Part shown: piece after piece, positions 1 through 9,646 of the stretch
Layout: the number at the start of each line of letters is the position of its first letter
Position numbering within the stretch: position 1 is the stretch's first letter
Origin: Planctomycetota bacterium
Lineage (GTDB): Bacteria > Planctomycetota > UBA8108 > UBA1146 > JAJFFE01
DNA: 64,000 bases
NCBI GenBank assembly: GCA_046154185.1
Contig: JBJXGE010000070.1
Location: forward strand, 129,935 to 193,934
Reading direction: 5' to 3'
Translations under genes and position numbers: made by a program
Notes under the pieces: generated by a model
Database searches by the model: none
Told to the model about the DNA's origin: nothing
Seen by the model: only the letters and a program-made list of their open reading frames with translations

Positions 1-19
1 TTCCGCGCCGGGGGATCCG

Positions 20-1237
20 TTGGAAGCGCATGTTTTGCCGACACTTCCGATCAACTGGCTCGACCGCGGTAAATCGCTGTCGGCTGGCGACTCGCCTTCG
101 TATCCCGTCGTCGCGGTCACCGGCCCGCGCCAGTCTGGAAAAACTACCCTCTGCCGCCATACGTTTCCGGATCATGCATACGTCACACTCGAGGCTCAAG
201 ACGTGAACGCCTACGCGCGCAGTGATCCGCGCGGGTTTCTCGGCGAGTTTGCTCAGGGTGCCATTCTCGACGAAATACAAAACGCACCGGAATTGCTCGG
301 CTACATTCAGGAGCGCGTTGACCGGGATCCAGCTCGCGGTCGCTTTGTGCTGACCGGATCGCAACACTTTGGTCTAACCGCACAGATCTCGCAATCGCTC
401 GCTGGCCGAGTCGGAATTGCGCGATTGCTGCCGCCGAGTTTTGACAAACTCAGTCGTTTCAAAAACGCGCCGGCTGATCTCTTCGCCACACTGTGGTCCG
501 GAAGCTATCCTCGAATCTTCGACGCCGAAATTCCGCCCGAACAGTGGCTACGAGATTACTTCTCGACATACGTGCAGCGCGACGTACGCCAAGTCATGAA
601 TGTCGGCGACTTGACGACGTTTTCAACCTTCGTGCGCGTGTGCGCAGGTCGCACGGCTTGCGAAGCAAACCTATCCGGCATCGCGTCCGACGTCGGCGTG
701 TCTCATCACACGATCGGCGCCTGGCTGTCCGTGCTCGAAACCAGTTTCTTGACGCTGCAGATCCCGTCCTTCCACGCGAATGTTCGCAAGAAATCTATCA
801 AGGCGCCGAAAATGCACTTTGTCGACTCCGGACTCGTATGCTGGTTGCTCGGCATTCGTAGTCCAACTGAACTCCGCCACCACCCCTTGCGCGGCGCAAT
901 TTTTGAGAGTTGGGTCGCGAGCGAACTCTACAAACTTTTTGCGCACTCGAATCTCGATCCGCAGATTCACCATTATCGGGCTGCGCGTGGCGTCGAAATC
1001 GATCTCATACTGGACGCCGGCGCGAAACTCGGTCTCGTTGAAGTCAAATCAGGCGCGACGATCGACAGCAGCTACTTCAAGGCGTTTGAGGCGTTTCGAG
1101 AATCGGGAGAATTCTCTAATAAGACGATCGAAACCTTTCTGGTGTATGGCGGAGTGGCGGCACAAAGTCGCACGTCGACGGCCGTCGTGCCGTGGCGCAG
1201 TATCCGGCAAGTTTTCGAGCGGGTGGTTGCAGTCTGA
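20..1237 (+). CDS. AAA+ ATPase with DUF4143-type C-terminal region
   Basis: P-loop VAVTGPRQSGKTTL near the N-terminus. The overall layout is that of AAA_14/DUF4143 ATPases. The start may lie a few codons upstream near the window edge. Confidence 0.75.
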   Translation: MEAHVLPTLPINWLDRGKSLSAGDSPSYPVVAVTGPRQSGKTTLCRHTFPDHAYVTLEAQDVNAYARSDPRGFLGEFAQGAILDEIQNAPELLGYIQERVDRDPARGRFVLTGSQHFGLTAQISQSLAGRVGIARLLPPSFDKLSRFKNAPADLFATLWSGSYPRIFDAEIPPEQWLRDYFSTYVQRDVRQVMNVGDLTTFSTFVRVCAGRTACEANLSGIASDVGVSHHTIGAWLSVLETSFLTLQIPSFHANVRKKSIKAPKMHFVDSGLVCWLLGIRSPTELRHHPLRGAIFESWVASELYKLFAHSNLDPQIHHYRAARGVEIDLILDAGAKLGLVEVKSGATIDSSYFKAFEAFRESGEFSNKTIETFLVYGGVAAQSRTSTAVVPWRSIRQVFERVVAV

Positions 1238-1294
1238 CGGCTCGGGAATTGTCCGCCAGCAAACTGCGAACCCGAGTTGGGCGACTTGATTGAA

Positions 1295-2722
1295 TCATCC
1301 AGTGGGACTAGATCCAGACGCCACGTTCTCAGCCATGCGCCGCGCCACGATGGTCTCAGGCCGTAAGAACACGAGCACTGTCAGCGGCACGATCGCCAGG
1401 AAACCTGCCAAAACGTAGAAGTCGGAATGTGCGAACTGCACGTCGTTCAGCAGCGACCAATTGTTGAGGCGATTGAGCCACGCGCCGGTTGCGTGCCCCA
1501 AGTTGTTCATCGCCATGTACAAGGTGAACTGCGTCGCCGCGGCGCGCGTCCACGAGATATTCATGTAGAGCGAGAACAAACAAACCGTCGTGAAAGCGAA
1601 GGAGCCTTTGAAGAGTGGCAACAGCAAGGTCTGTGGATAGTTCTCGTGTCGCCAATACTCTGAGCTCAAGCCGAAGGTCAGTAAGACGAGAGAAGTCAGC
1701 ACCATGCCGCAGCCCGCCATCCGGCGACGGCCAAGGAAGTCACAAAGCACGCCGCCGAGTAACGCACCGCACAACTGGCCAAGCGTTCCCCACGTGCCTT
1801 CCCGTTGGGAGAATTTTTGCGAGGTCCAGCCAAAGTCCTGCACGAACAGGTCGGTCGTGAGCGGCACATACAGTCCCTCGCAAAGCGGCACGGTCATCGC
1901 CATCAAGACGGCGAGCGCCGTGGTCCGCGTTGACAAGGCGCGCTTGAGTTCGCGCACGACGCCGATCATTCCGCCCGGCAGTAGTCGCTGCGCAACCACC
2001 AGAGTCGCGTCTGCGCCGCGACTCCATGGCGTGAGCCGCTCGCCCGCGCGCTCGCGCAGGGCAACGACGAGTCCCATGATCGCGATCACCGTCAGCGCTT
2101 GCAGCAAAACCGCCGTCTCGATCCCGTAGCTCGACATCAGCGTGCCAAGCCCCGCGCCACCAACGCCGATGCCGGCGAGCTTCGAGCCCCACATGAACCC
2201 GTTGACTCGCCCCCGCTCGCCATCTTCGAGCAGGTCGACCGCAAGCGCATCCGTCGCGACATCTTGGAGCGACGCGAAGCAGTTGTGAATGAAGAAGACC
2301 CATTTGAGATAAGCGAGAGTCGTGTCGCGACCCAAGTCGCCCGTTGACCAAACCCCGAGCAACGTCGCCGCCATACCGAACTGCGCGAATAAGATCCACG
2401 GACGTCGAATGCCGAATGCCGGCAGGCGAAGCGCGTCGATCATCGGCGCCCAGATGAACTTGAAGGTCCACGGCAAGATCACCATCGCGACCAAACCGGA
2501 CGTCGCCTCTTTCGGATGGCCGGCCTCGCTCAACTTGGCGAGCAGCGCAATCGTCGCAAAGCCGTAGGGAAATCCCTGCGCGAAATAAAGGAGACACAAT
2601 AGCGCCGTGCGCAGTGTGCAATCGTCGGCGAGAAATAAACCTCGTGAGCCTATCGCGTGCAGCTCGACACTTCCTCTCCGCGCAATTGCTAGTTGTGGGT
2701 TTCCTACTCGTCCGTTCGCCAA
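1295..2722 (-). CDS. MFS transporter, AmpG/PAT-family-like permease
   Basis: A 475-aa polytopic hydrophobic protein. The N-terminal region LLCLLYFAQGFPYGF...KFIWAPMIDALR...RRPWIL matches AmpG/PAT-type MFS signature positions. Confidence 0.6.
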   Translation of the reverse strand: MANGRVGNPQLAIARRGSVELHAIGSRGLFLADDCTLRTALLCLLYFAQGFPYGFATIALLAKLSEAGHPKEATSGLVAMVILPWTFKFIWAPMIDALRLPAFGIRRPWILFAQFGMAATLLGVWSTGDLGRDTTLAYLKWVFFIHNCFASLQDVATDALAVDLLEDGERGRVNGFMWGSKLAGIGVGGAGLGTLMSSYGIETAVLLQALTVIAIMGLVVALRERAGERLTPWSRGADATLVVAQRLLPGGMIGVVRELKRALSTRTTALAVLMAMTVPLCEGLYVPLTTDLFVQDFGWTSQKFSQREGTWGTLGQLCGALLGGVLCDFLGRRRMAGCGMVLTSLVLLTFGLSSEYWRHENYPQTLLLPLFKGSFAFTTVCLFSLYMNISWTRAAATQFTLYMAMNNLGHATGAWLNRLNNWSLLNDVQFAHSDFYVLAGFLAIVPLTVLVFLRPETIVARRMAENVASGSSPTG

Positions 2723-3284
2723 CGATCGTCGCCGGCACTTGCCAGAAACACAAGCTCAGCCACAAGCCCGCGAACATCCGTGAGGAGAATTCAGCTTCTT
2801 GAACCGTGGCGCTTTATCGTGCAACACTCTCGCACGCGGGAAACGTCCACCACCGGCAATGCGCGACTTCGTGCAGAAGGCGCAGTCATTCGAGGAGAAT
2901 CCGGAAGGCGAGTTCTTCGGATACAACTCTGCAGCAAACGCTGGAGCCCTTCGAGAACGCCGAGTGGTTTCAACTTTGTCCTCGTGCAAAGATGAACGCC
3001 GATTGGTTCACCGCTGGACCGCCAGCGTGTCGCGCGGAGAAGATGCCGGCACTCAAGTTGCCGACTACTGGCTCGCGCAAGCCTGGGTCTCAAGAAAGTC
3101 TGTCGATGTCGTCACCAGTAACAATTTCACCGGCGTCGACTCTCGTTCGATTGCGGACAAGTCGCGCTATAGAGCCAAAAACCAGTAGCACCTGCCAATT
3201 GCGTTCCAACCGCTTGGGCGAGGTCTAGATCATCCCTGGTTTGCTGAGCGGATACGAGCATGACGAGTGAGGGAAGTCACGCCC

Positions 3285-3710
3285 TTAACGCGGAGACGCC
3301 TTGGGTTTCAGAACCAGCAGGTCGAGACCCGGTATGTCAGTAAAGTCCTTGGCGTTGCCAGTTGCCAATCGCATCCCATTTTGAATCGCCACCGCCGCAA
3401 TCCATAAATCGTTCACACGATGCTTAGATGGTGTGCCTTGTGAATCCAAAAGTGCGGCCAAACGCCCGAATACTTCCCCGGTTTCTCGATCCAAGATCAG
3501 ACACGGCTTGCGGCGAATGCGCGCCAAAGCTGCGGCGCGGCGGGCCTGCGACGCCGGGTCGGGTGCTCGCTCGACCCCGTACTGCAACTCTGCGAGGATC
3601 GGTGGCGCCAAGTAAACCGCTTCGGACCCAGTAACCACGGCGACTTCCGCCGGCGTCAGTTTTCCGCGCTCGACATCGATCCAGATGGAAGTGTCGAGAA
3701 TTACGCCCAT
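3285..3710 (-). CDS. vapC: PIN-domain ribonuclease toxin (VapC family)
   Basis: The N-terminus MGVILDTSIWID carries the PIN acidic residues. The size is 141 aa and it sits directly downstream of a small antitoxin-like gene. Confidence 0.8.
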   Translation of the reverse strand: MGVILDTSIWIDVERGKLTPAEVAVVTGSEAVYLAPPILAELQYGVERAPDPASQARRAAALARIRRKPCLILDRETGEVFGRLAALLDSQGTPSKHRVNDLWIAAVAIQNGMRLATGNAKDFTDIPGLDLLVLKPKASPR

Positions 3711-4009
3711 GGATCTCTGAGTTTCTTGCGACTACGACGATCGAGTTTACGAGCGTCACGGATCCATGCCGCGCCATCGGCGGGAGACATCGTCTGATAA
3801 ATATCACTCAACGCCTCGAGCGCTGTCATTCGAGGCGCACCCGGCACGAGCTTCGCGACCGGGTGGTCATTTCGAACTACCACAATCTCCTCCGAACCAC
3901 GCTCGAGCATATCCAGCAGGCGACTGAAATTGCGCGCCGCCTCGGTAGCAGAAACTGTTCTCAATGTGCGACCTCTCAATCTCCGAGCCGTCAAGTACTG
4001 CCGAATCAT
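3701..4009 (-). CDS. Phd/YefM-type antitoxin
   Basis: An internal start (MIRQYL...) in ORF 3701..4192 gives a protein of about 102 aa with the motif TEAARNFSRLLDMLERGSEEIVVVRNDHPVAKLV. The ORF overlaps vapC by 10 nt. Confidence 0.6.
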   Translation of the reverse strand: MIRQYLTARRLRGRTLRTVSATEAARNFSRLLDMLERGSEEIVVVRNDHPVAKLVPGAPRMTALEALSDIYQTMSPADGAAWIRDARKLDRRSRKKLRDPWA

Positions 4010-4147
4010 ATAATCTGATTGACGACGCGTCAAGTTGCAGCCGGGCACGCGCGATGTTAATAGACAGCGGTCGGCAACTTGACTTTTCTTCGTCGCTCGC
4101 AAGACTGGTCGACGTAGTATAAACGCTCGACTTCGCGCAGTCCGACG

Positions 4148-7100
4148 TTGAGGAGAGTGAATCGACGTATGCGGTCGCATCGAAAAGACCATCGTCGAGA
4201 CTGGAAACTACCTATAGCTCTAGCTCTCGCGGTCACTGTGGTGACGAGCGCGTACTTCTTGAGCAGGCCGAAGTCAGCAACCGAGCGCGAGACCGACCGG
4301 CTTGCTACGGACGACGTCTCCATTTCCGGCCTCGTGCTCGACATCGTTCACGAGCATCCCATCGTCGGAGCGAACATCGCGCTCCTGCAATATGACGTCG
4401 TACTCGCCCGCGAAGTGAGCGACTCTTCCGGGCGGTTCGAGTTTCGCGCGCCAGTATCGGGGCGCGCGGAAGCTCGATTGAAGATTGAGCGCGATCACTT
4501 TCTTCCGATCGAAGTTCGAGCGCCGCGATGTAAAGAGGCTCGCATCTATCTCGTCCCCGCGGTTCTAGTGCGTGGTCGGGTCGTCGATGCGCACGGACGC
4601 GGAATAGTCGGCGCGGACGTTTGGGTCCACGGTGGCATCGATCCGGAATCGTATGCGCGCATTGCGCTACACCTTCAGACGCGGAGCGCCGCGGAGTCGC
4701 CGACGTTCACGGACAAAGATGGCCGGTTCTCGGGCTGGGTCGCCTGCGGCGATGTTGTTTGCGAAGCCGCCGCGTCCGGGTTCGCACCGGGTTTCTCAGA
4801 GCCGCGAGTGCTCGGTATTGACGGAATCGCCGATTTTGAGATTCGGCTCGTCGTAGGCCACGCGTTGCGGGGCGAAGTTGTCGACGGGCAGGGCGCGCCG
4901 ATCGCAGGCGCGATCGTCGAGGCCAAGTCGGCGCTGCGAGACGAGCTGCCCGATGGGCTCTTCACGAGTTTCTCTGGAACTCGACGCACAACGACTGGCG
5001 ATGACGGCCGATTTGACGTCGATGGCCTGACGGCGAATTGCGCAGAATTGTCGGTCACACATTCCGCGCACGCGACGCACAAGACTTCCAGTCTCTTCTC
5101 TACCGTCGACTCTCGTCGAGTGGTGCTCGACCGCGCGCAGTGGCTCACCGGCCGACTGGTTGTGCCGCCACCAAACAAAGTAGAGTTGCCGGTGAAGGCG
5201 TGGCTGCGATACGCCGTCGAGTACGGTTCGATCGCCATTCACGTCGAACCAAACGGGATCTTTCGCTCGGACGCCTTCGCACATACTTGGACCAACGGCA
5301 CACTTTGCATCGACGGCTTTGTACCGATTGCGATGAACTGGCAGCCGCGCGCTGGCGTCAATGACCTAGGCGTCGTCACGCTGGATCGCGGCTCTACGCT
5401 GCGCGTCCGCGTCTCGTCGACGACGGGTGAACCGCTCGGCGACGCGTCGCTGACCATCGACATCTCGCAAGGATGTCGACTGCGCGAGCCGATCCGCTCG
5501 CACACGGACCCGAGCGGAGAAGCGACCCTCGCCGGCCTTGCGCCCGGACAACACGACTTGAAGATCAGTCGCGCTGACTTTGCGGGACGAGATGAAATTA
5601 TCACGCTGCTTGCGACTGACGCGGAGACGCGACTCGACGTCAGACTCTCGCCGGCCTCGCGGGCACAAGGTCGATTAGCGCGCGCCGATGGCGCGCCGCT
5701 GCGAGGCGCGCGCGTCGCGACGGCGAGTCGGCCTACCGACGCGCTCGACCCGAAACCAGTGGTCTTGGCCAGCGGCGAATTCATCGCGCGTGACTTGCCA
5801 GCGGGTCAGCCGATCGAGCTGGAAGCGTGGGCGACAGGCACCGAGATCTGCCGCGCGCAGCTCGAACCAATCCGCGCCGGCGAGCTTTGCGAGTTCGGCA
5901 CGCTCGTGCTCGAGACCGGAATCGTGCTCGAAGGCAACGTCTTTGACGAGACCGGCCGCGTGCGAGCGGGAGTGCTGGTTCGCGCCGAACCTCGTTTCGC
6001 GTTCCGCACCCGTTTCGATACAAACGCCGCGCGCCGCTCTTTCGCGGCGCAGAGCGACGAGAACGGTCGCTTCAGATTCTCAGGGCTTGAAGCCGACCAG
6101 TATCAACTCTGCGCGGGGTTCGATCCCATGCCGGACAATAGTAGAAATATCTTCCCTGGGAGTGACAAAAATTCTGAAGCCGTGTCGCTGATCGTGGAGA
6201 GCACCGTCACCTTTCGCGGTCGCGTGGTCGACCCACAAGGCCAGCCGATTGTCGGAGCAACCGTGCACAACAATCATGCACAAGCCCCTTCGCTCGTGAG
6301 TGGCAGTGACGGCACCTTCGAGCTACACGGAGTCAGTCGACGTCGGCCTTCCATAACGGTCGGTCATTCCGACTACAAAGAGCTCCGATTCCCGGGAACC
6401 GGAACTAGCGCCGCGGAAATGCCGCCGACGATTGAATTGCACCCGGCGGCGTCTTTGGAAGTCGCACTTGTTCACGAAGACGGCTCCAATTATGTGAGCG
6501 ATCCGCTCAGAGTCTCTCCGTCTGAGTTATCTGAAGCCCTGTTTCGCGTCGGCGACCAAGTGTCCTGGGGTAACAGCGGACCCGACGAAGTCTTCCGACT
6601 CACCGAACTCGATGCGGGAGCCCGTGAGATCGTCGCAGAAGTGCGAGGTTATTCAGCTTCACGCGCCGAAACCGTGACGCTCGAACTCGGGCACACACGA
6701 CAAGTCAAGCTCACACTCGGCCCCAAGCATCCGCCGCTTCATGTGCGCGTCCTCGACCCATCGGGATCCGCGATAGTTGGCGCTCGCGTAAAGACGACAA
6801 GACTTATTCGGTTGCCGCTCGAGCTCAAGACGGATAGCGACGGAACACGGATCTTCGATCATCTCGATTGGGAGAATACCGAGGTCACGGTGCGGGCCGA
6901 AGGATTCGCAACCCGGTGTTTCGCCTTAGGGGATCTGGCTCCCACGACCGAACTGCTGGTCCGGCTTGCGCCGGAGTCCGTGATCGTCGTCGGCACCGTC
7001 TTGCCCGATGGCGCCTTCGTCAGCCCGATCCGTGCGGAACTGAGGGACGCCGAAGCGCTTCGCGCCTTGGAGGACTCTTCCCCGCTACGGAAGCAGGAAG

Positions 7101-7798
7101 TGAAAGAGTCGCGGTGGCGATCGCCCTTTCGCGGACTCACTGAATGCGACGTCGGTGAGCGCATCCGCTTTGCTGGACTCTCGGCTGGGGACTACGAGAT
7201 CACGCTCAACAACGGAGCGAGCGACCTCGGACGCGTGAACGTCACGCTGCTAGAAGCGGAAACCAAAGAGGTCAATCTAGAGGTCAACTTTCCCTCCAAG
7301 GTTTACGGTCAAGTGCGCATGGATGGCCAGCCAGTGATCGGTGGTGGAGTGACGCTCTCGAACCGCTCGCAGATTTACATGCACTGCGACGTCGATGTTT
7401 ACGGATTTTTTACGGCTGTGTTGTATGCGACTCGCGAGGATGAAATTCACTACAGCTTTCACGACCTCAAACGCAGTTTTTTCATTAAGGGGCGGCGAGT
7501 CATCGATCGAAGCGCCGACTGGATCATCGCAATCCAGACTGGCCAAATCGCAGGTCGCGTCGTCGACACCAACGGGATCCCCATCGTCGGAGCAAAGGGT
7601 TTCGTCTATTGCGGTGCCGGGCATGCACTCTTCAAAACCGAAAGCGACGGCCGCTTCGAGATCGCGCGCCTGCCAGTCGGCTCGTGGGGCGCGAGTCTGC
7701 ACGCCCCGTGGTCAGTCGATCACACGGTCGGCGACTCGCAACTCCGGCCAGGAGCCAAACTCGAAGTCGTCATCACGGCGGTGCCGGCTACTAAGTGA
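4148..7798 (+). CDS. Large membrane-anchored/secreted protein built from repeated carboxypeptidase-regulatory-like (CarbopepD_reg) beta-sandwich domains
   Basis: Basic N-terminus followed by a TM helix (LPIALALAVTVVTSAYFL). The motif G-R-V-V-D-x-x-G-x-P-I-x-G-A-x-V recurs at least 8 times, for example RGRVVDAHGRGIVGADV, GRVVDPQGQPIVGATV and GRVVDTNGIPIVGAKG. Confidence 0.7.
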   Translation: MRRVNRRMRSHRKDHRRDWKLPIALALAVTVVTSAYFLSRPKSATERETDRLATDDVSISGLVLDIVHEHPIVGANIALLQYDVVLAREVSDSSGRFEFRAPVSGRAEARLKIERDHFLPIEVRAPRCKEARIYLVPAVLVRGRVVDAHGRGIVGADVWVHGGIDPESYARIALHLQTRSAAESPTFTDKDGRFSGWVACGDVVCEAAASGFAPGFSEPRVLGIDGIADFEIRLVVGHALRGEVVDGQGAPIAGAIVEAKSALRDELPDGLFTSFSGTRRTTTGDDGRFDVDGLTANCAELSVTHSAHATHKTSSLFSTVDSRRVVLDRAQWLTGRLVVPPPNKVELPVKAWLRYAVEYGSIAIHVEPNGIFRSDAFAHTWTNGTLCIDGFVPIAMNWQPRAGVNDLGVVTLDRGSTLRVRVSSTTGEPLGDASLTIDISQGCRLREPIRSHTDPSGEATLAGLAPGQHDLKISRADFAGRDEIITLLATDAETRLDVRLSPASRAQGRLARADGAPLRGARVATASRPTDALDPKPVVLASGEFIARDLPAGQPIELEAWATGTEICRAQLEPIRAGELCEFGTLVLETGIVLEGNVFDETGRVRAGVLVRAEPRFAFRTRFDTNAARRSFAAQSDENGRFRFSGLEADQYQLCAGFDPMPDNSRNIFPGSDKNSEAVSLIVESTVTFRGRVVDPQGQPIVGATVHNNHAQAPSLVSGSDGTFELHGVSRRRPSITVGHSDYKELRFPGTGTSAAEMPPTIELHPAASLEVALVHEDGSNYVSDPLRVSPSELSEALFRVGDQVSWGNSGPDEVFRLTELDAGAREIVAEVRGYSASRAETVTLELGHTRQVKLTLGPKHPPLHVRVLDPSGSAIVGARVKTTRLIRLPLELKTDSDGTRIFDHLDWENTEVTVRAEGFATRCFALGDLAPTTELLVRLAPESVIVVGTVLPDGAFVSPIRAELRDAEALRALEDSSPLRKQEVKESRWRSPFRGLTECDVGERIRFAGLSAGDYEITLNNGASDLGRVNVTLLEAETKEVNLEVNFPSKVYGQVRMDGQPVIGGGVTLSNRSQIYMHCDVDVYGFFTAVLYATREDEIHYSFHDLKRSFFIKGRRVIDRSADWIIAIQTGQIAGRVVDTNGIPIVGAKGFVYCGAGHALFKTESDGRFEIARLPVGSWGASLHAPWSVDHTVGDSQLRPGAKLEVVITAVPATK

Positions 7799-9623
7799 TC
7801 CTCGCGACCGCCCGCCGCAACTTCCGGTGGCTATCGAAGAGTCGGACGAAGTCTGACTCGTGCCGCCCGCCTTTGGCTTTCACCACGGCCGCGAGCGCCC
7901 GCTTTTCGGCTACGGTCCATCCCGAGACGCCATCGAGCGCCATCACCAACGGGATCCATCGCTCCCAGGCCTGCCGCTCGTGCGCGTCAAAGCCGCGCAG
8001 CGACTTGAGCCCAAGTAACTGCATCGCCTCTCGAGAACACACGCGCATTCCTTCTTCGCGCGCCGCTCCGAAGCGCGCCGCCAAGTAGCGCGATACTGCC
8101 GCCCCAATCTCGCCGAGCGGCAACCGCCCGATCACATCCGCACGCGGCCGTCCTGTGTAATAGAAAACCTCCGCGGCTGCGAGCCGCTTCAGCGTCGGTA
8201 TGTCCGAACGATGTCGTGGGTTCTTTCTTACCGCCGCCAACTCGCGATCGACGATTCGCAACACTTCGCGATCGTGCGGCCGAAATCCCAACTTGTAATA
8301 GAACCACCAGGCACCCGACTTCAGCCCTTCCGAGTTCTCGTGCCCAAGCTGATACGGATCGATGACGAACGCGTCCGCACCGAACACGTGCCGCGCCGCC
8401 GCGAGCACGCGCCCATAGATGTAGCCGCTCTCACCGCCGCGAAACGTCTCGAACACGTTGTAGGCGATCTCAGCGGAATTGAAGAGCGAACTCACCAACA
8501 CGTAACCGATCGGCACGCCGTTCTTGAGCATCAAAAATGCGTAAACCGCTTCCAGCATCAAGCGCCGCTCGGGCACGAGCCCGATGCACGCGAACTGGAG
8601 TCCGTCGCCGCACTCGATCATGCGCACGTCGCGCGGATTGGAGTACTTGAATGAGTAAAGGTCGCGGGCGCGCGTCACCATCGACTCGCGCGCGAGTTCG
8701 ATCAGCGCTTCCGCTTCGCGCGGCTTCACATCCAACACGGCGAGCGGCGCGCGCCGCAACTCCTTCGGTAGCTCCGGTCGCTCGAGCCGCAACGGGCGGC
8801 GCTGAAACACGAGCTTCGACCCCGCGAAACGGGCGTCGGTTCGGTTCGGCGTTTCTGGCCCCGACTTCAAGGTGTACGGAACGTCGAGGTCCTCGTAGCG
8901 TTTCTCGCGCGTGAACGCATCGCCGGGCATCTGCTCGAAACGCTTCACGAGAAACGCGCCGTCGGTCTCGCCCGGTTGCTTCAATAGTTCGATCCACTCG
9001 CGCGGCGCCGCGGAATAGTTATCGAGCGCCAACGTCTCCGTGTACGGCAGAATCAACGGCAACTCCTCGACGAGTCGCTCGGAGTTTTCGAACGTCGGCC
9101 AGTCGATGCGCAATTGCTCCGGCCAGCGCTCCGCGAGCCACTGCGCGGTCGGCCAATAGAATGAATAGTAGATAGTCGTTCCCGCGACGCCGCTGTCAGC
9201 CAGCGCCGCGCGGTGACGTCGAAGGTCGCGGCGGTTCGCAAAGACCGCCAGTATTCGTTCCGCCTCGGCGAGCAACTCAGGCCCGTCGGGATATGCGCGC
9301 ATGAAACAGAGTACTTCGTGAAAGCGGAGCAGCGCGCTCGCCCGCCCAAACCTCGCCCGGTCCAGCGCGCGCATCAACGCGACTTTGCGCACCGCGGCGT
9401 CCCCGCCATACGAGAGCTTCAACCCCTCGAGTTCCTGCAACAGCGCGATCGTGCCTCGTGTGACCATGACCGGCACTCTATCGGAAAAGAGGGCGCGGCG
9501 TCGATGCGGCGGCACCCGCTCTCGCCGCGTCCGCGGGGTTCCTTCGATCAAGCGACCGCGCAAACGACTATGCGGCGCCCGATGGGCGCCGCATAGTCGG
9601 CTCGAGATCACACTGCCCGACAC
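7791..9623 (-). CDS. Hypothetical protein with possible GNAT-like C-terminal fold
   Basis: A long unbroken ORF. The C-terminal half (RGGESGYIYGRVL ... WWFYYKLGFRP) resembles acyl-CoA N-acyltransferase motifs. The true start is uncertain; an alternative Met at 9467 is possible. Confidence 0.45.
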   Translation of the reverse strand: MSGSVISSRLCGAHRAPHSRLRGRLIEGTPRTRRERVPPHRRRALFSDRVPVMVTRGTIALLQELEGLKLSYGGDAAVRKVALMRALDRARFGRASALLRFHEVLCFMRAYPDGPELLAEAERILAVFANRRDLRRHRAALADSGVAGTTIYYSFYWPTAQWLAERWPEQLRIDWPTFENSERLVEELPLILPYTETLALDNYSAAPREWIELLKQPGETDGAFLVKRFEQMPGDAFTREKRYEDLDVPYTLKSGPETPNRTDARFAGSKLVFQRRPLRLERPELPKELRRAPLAVLDVKPREAEALIELARESMVTRARDLYSFKYSNPRDVRMIECGDGLQFACIGLVPERRLMLEAVYAFLMLKNGVPIGYVLVSSLFNSAEIAYNVFETFRGGESGYIYGRVLAAARHVFGADAFVIDPYQLGHENSEGLKSGAWWFYYKLGFRPHDREVLRIVDRELAAVRKNPRHRSDIPTLKRLAAAEVFYYTGRPRADVIGRLPLGEIGAAVSRYLAARFGAAREEGMRVCSREAMQLLGLKSLRGFDAHERQAWERWIPLVMALDGVSGWTVAEKRALAAVVKAKGGRHESDFVRLFDSHRKLRRAVARIT

Positions 9624-9646
9624 GTCGCGTCACGCGCGCCGACGTC

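Noticed and set aside
1740-2777. 345-aa minus-strand ORF overlapping the MFS transporter gene
   Set aside because: Alternate frame of a clearly coding polytopic transporter. The composition is Arg-rich and it has no motifs.
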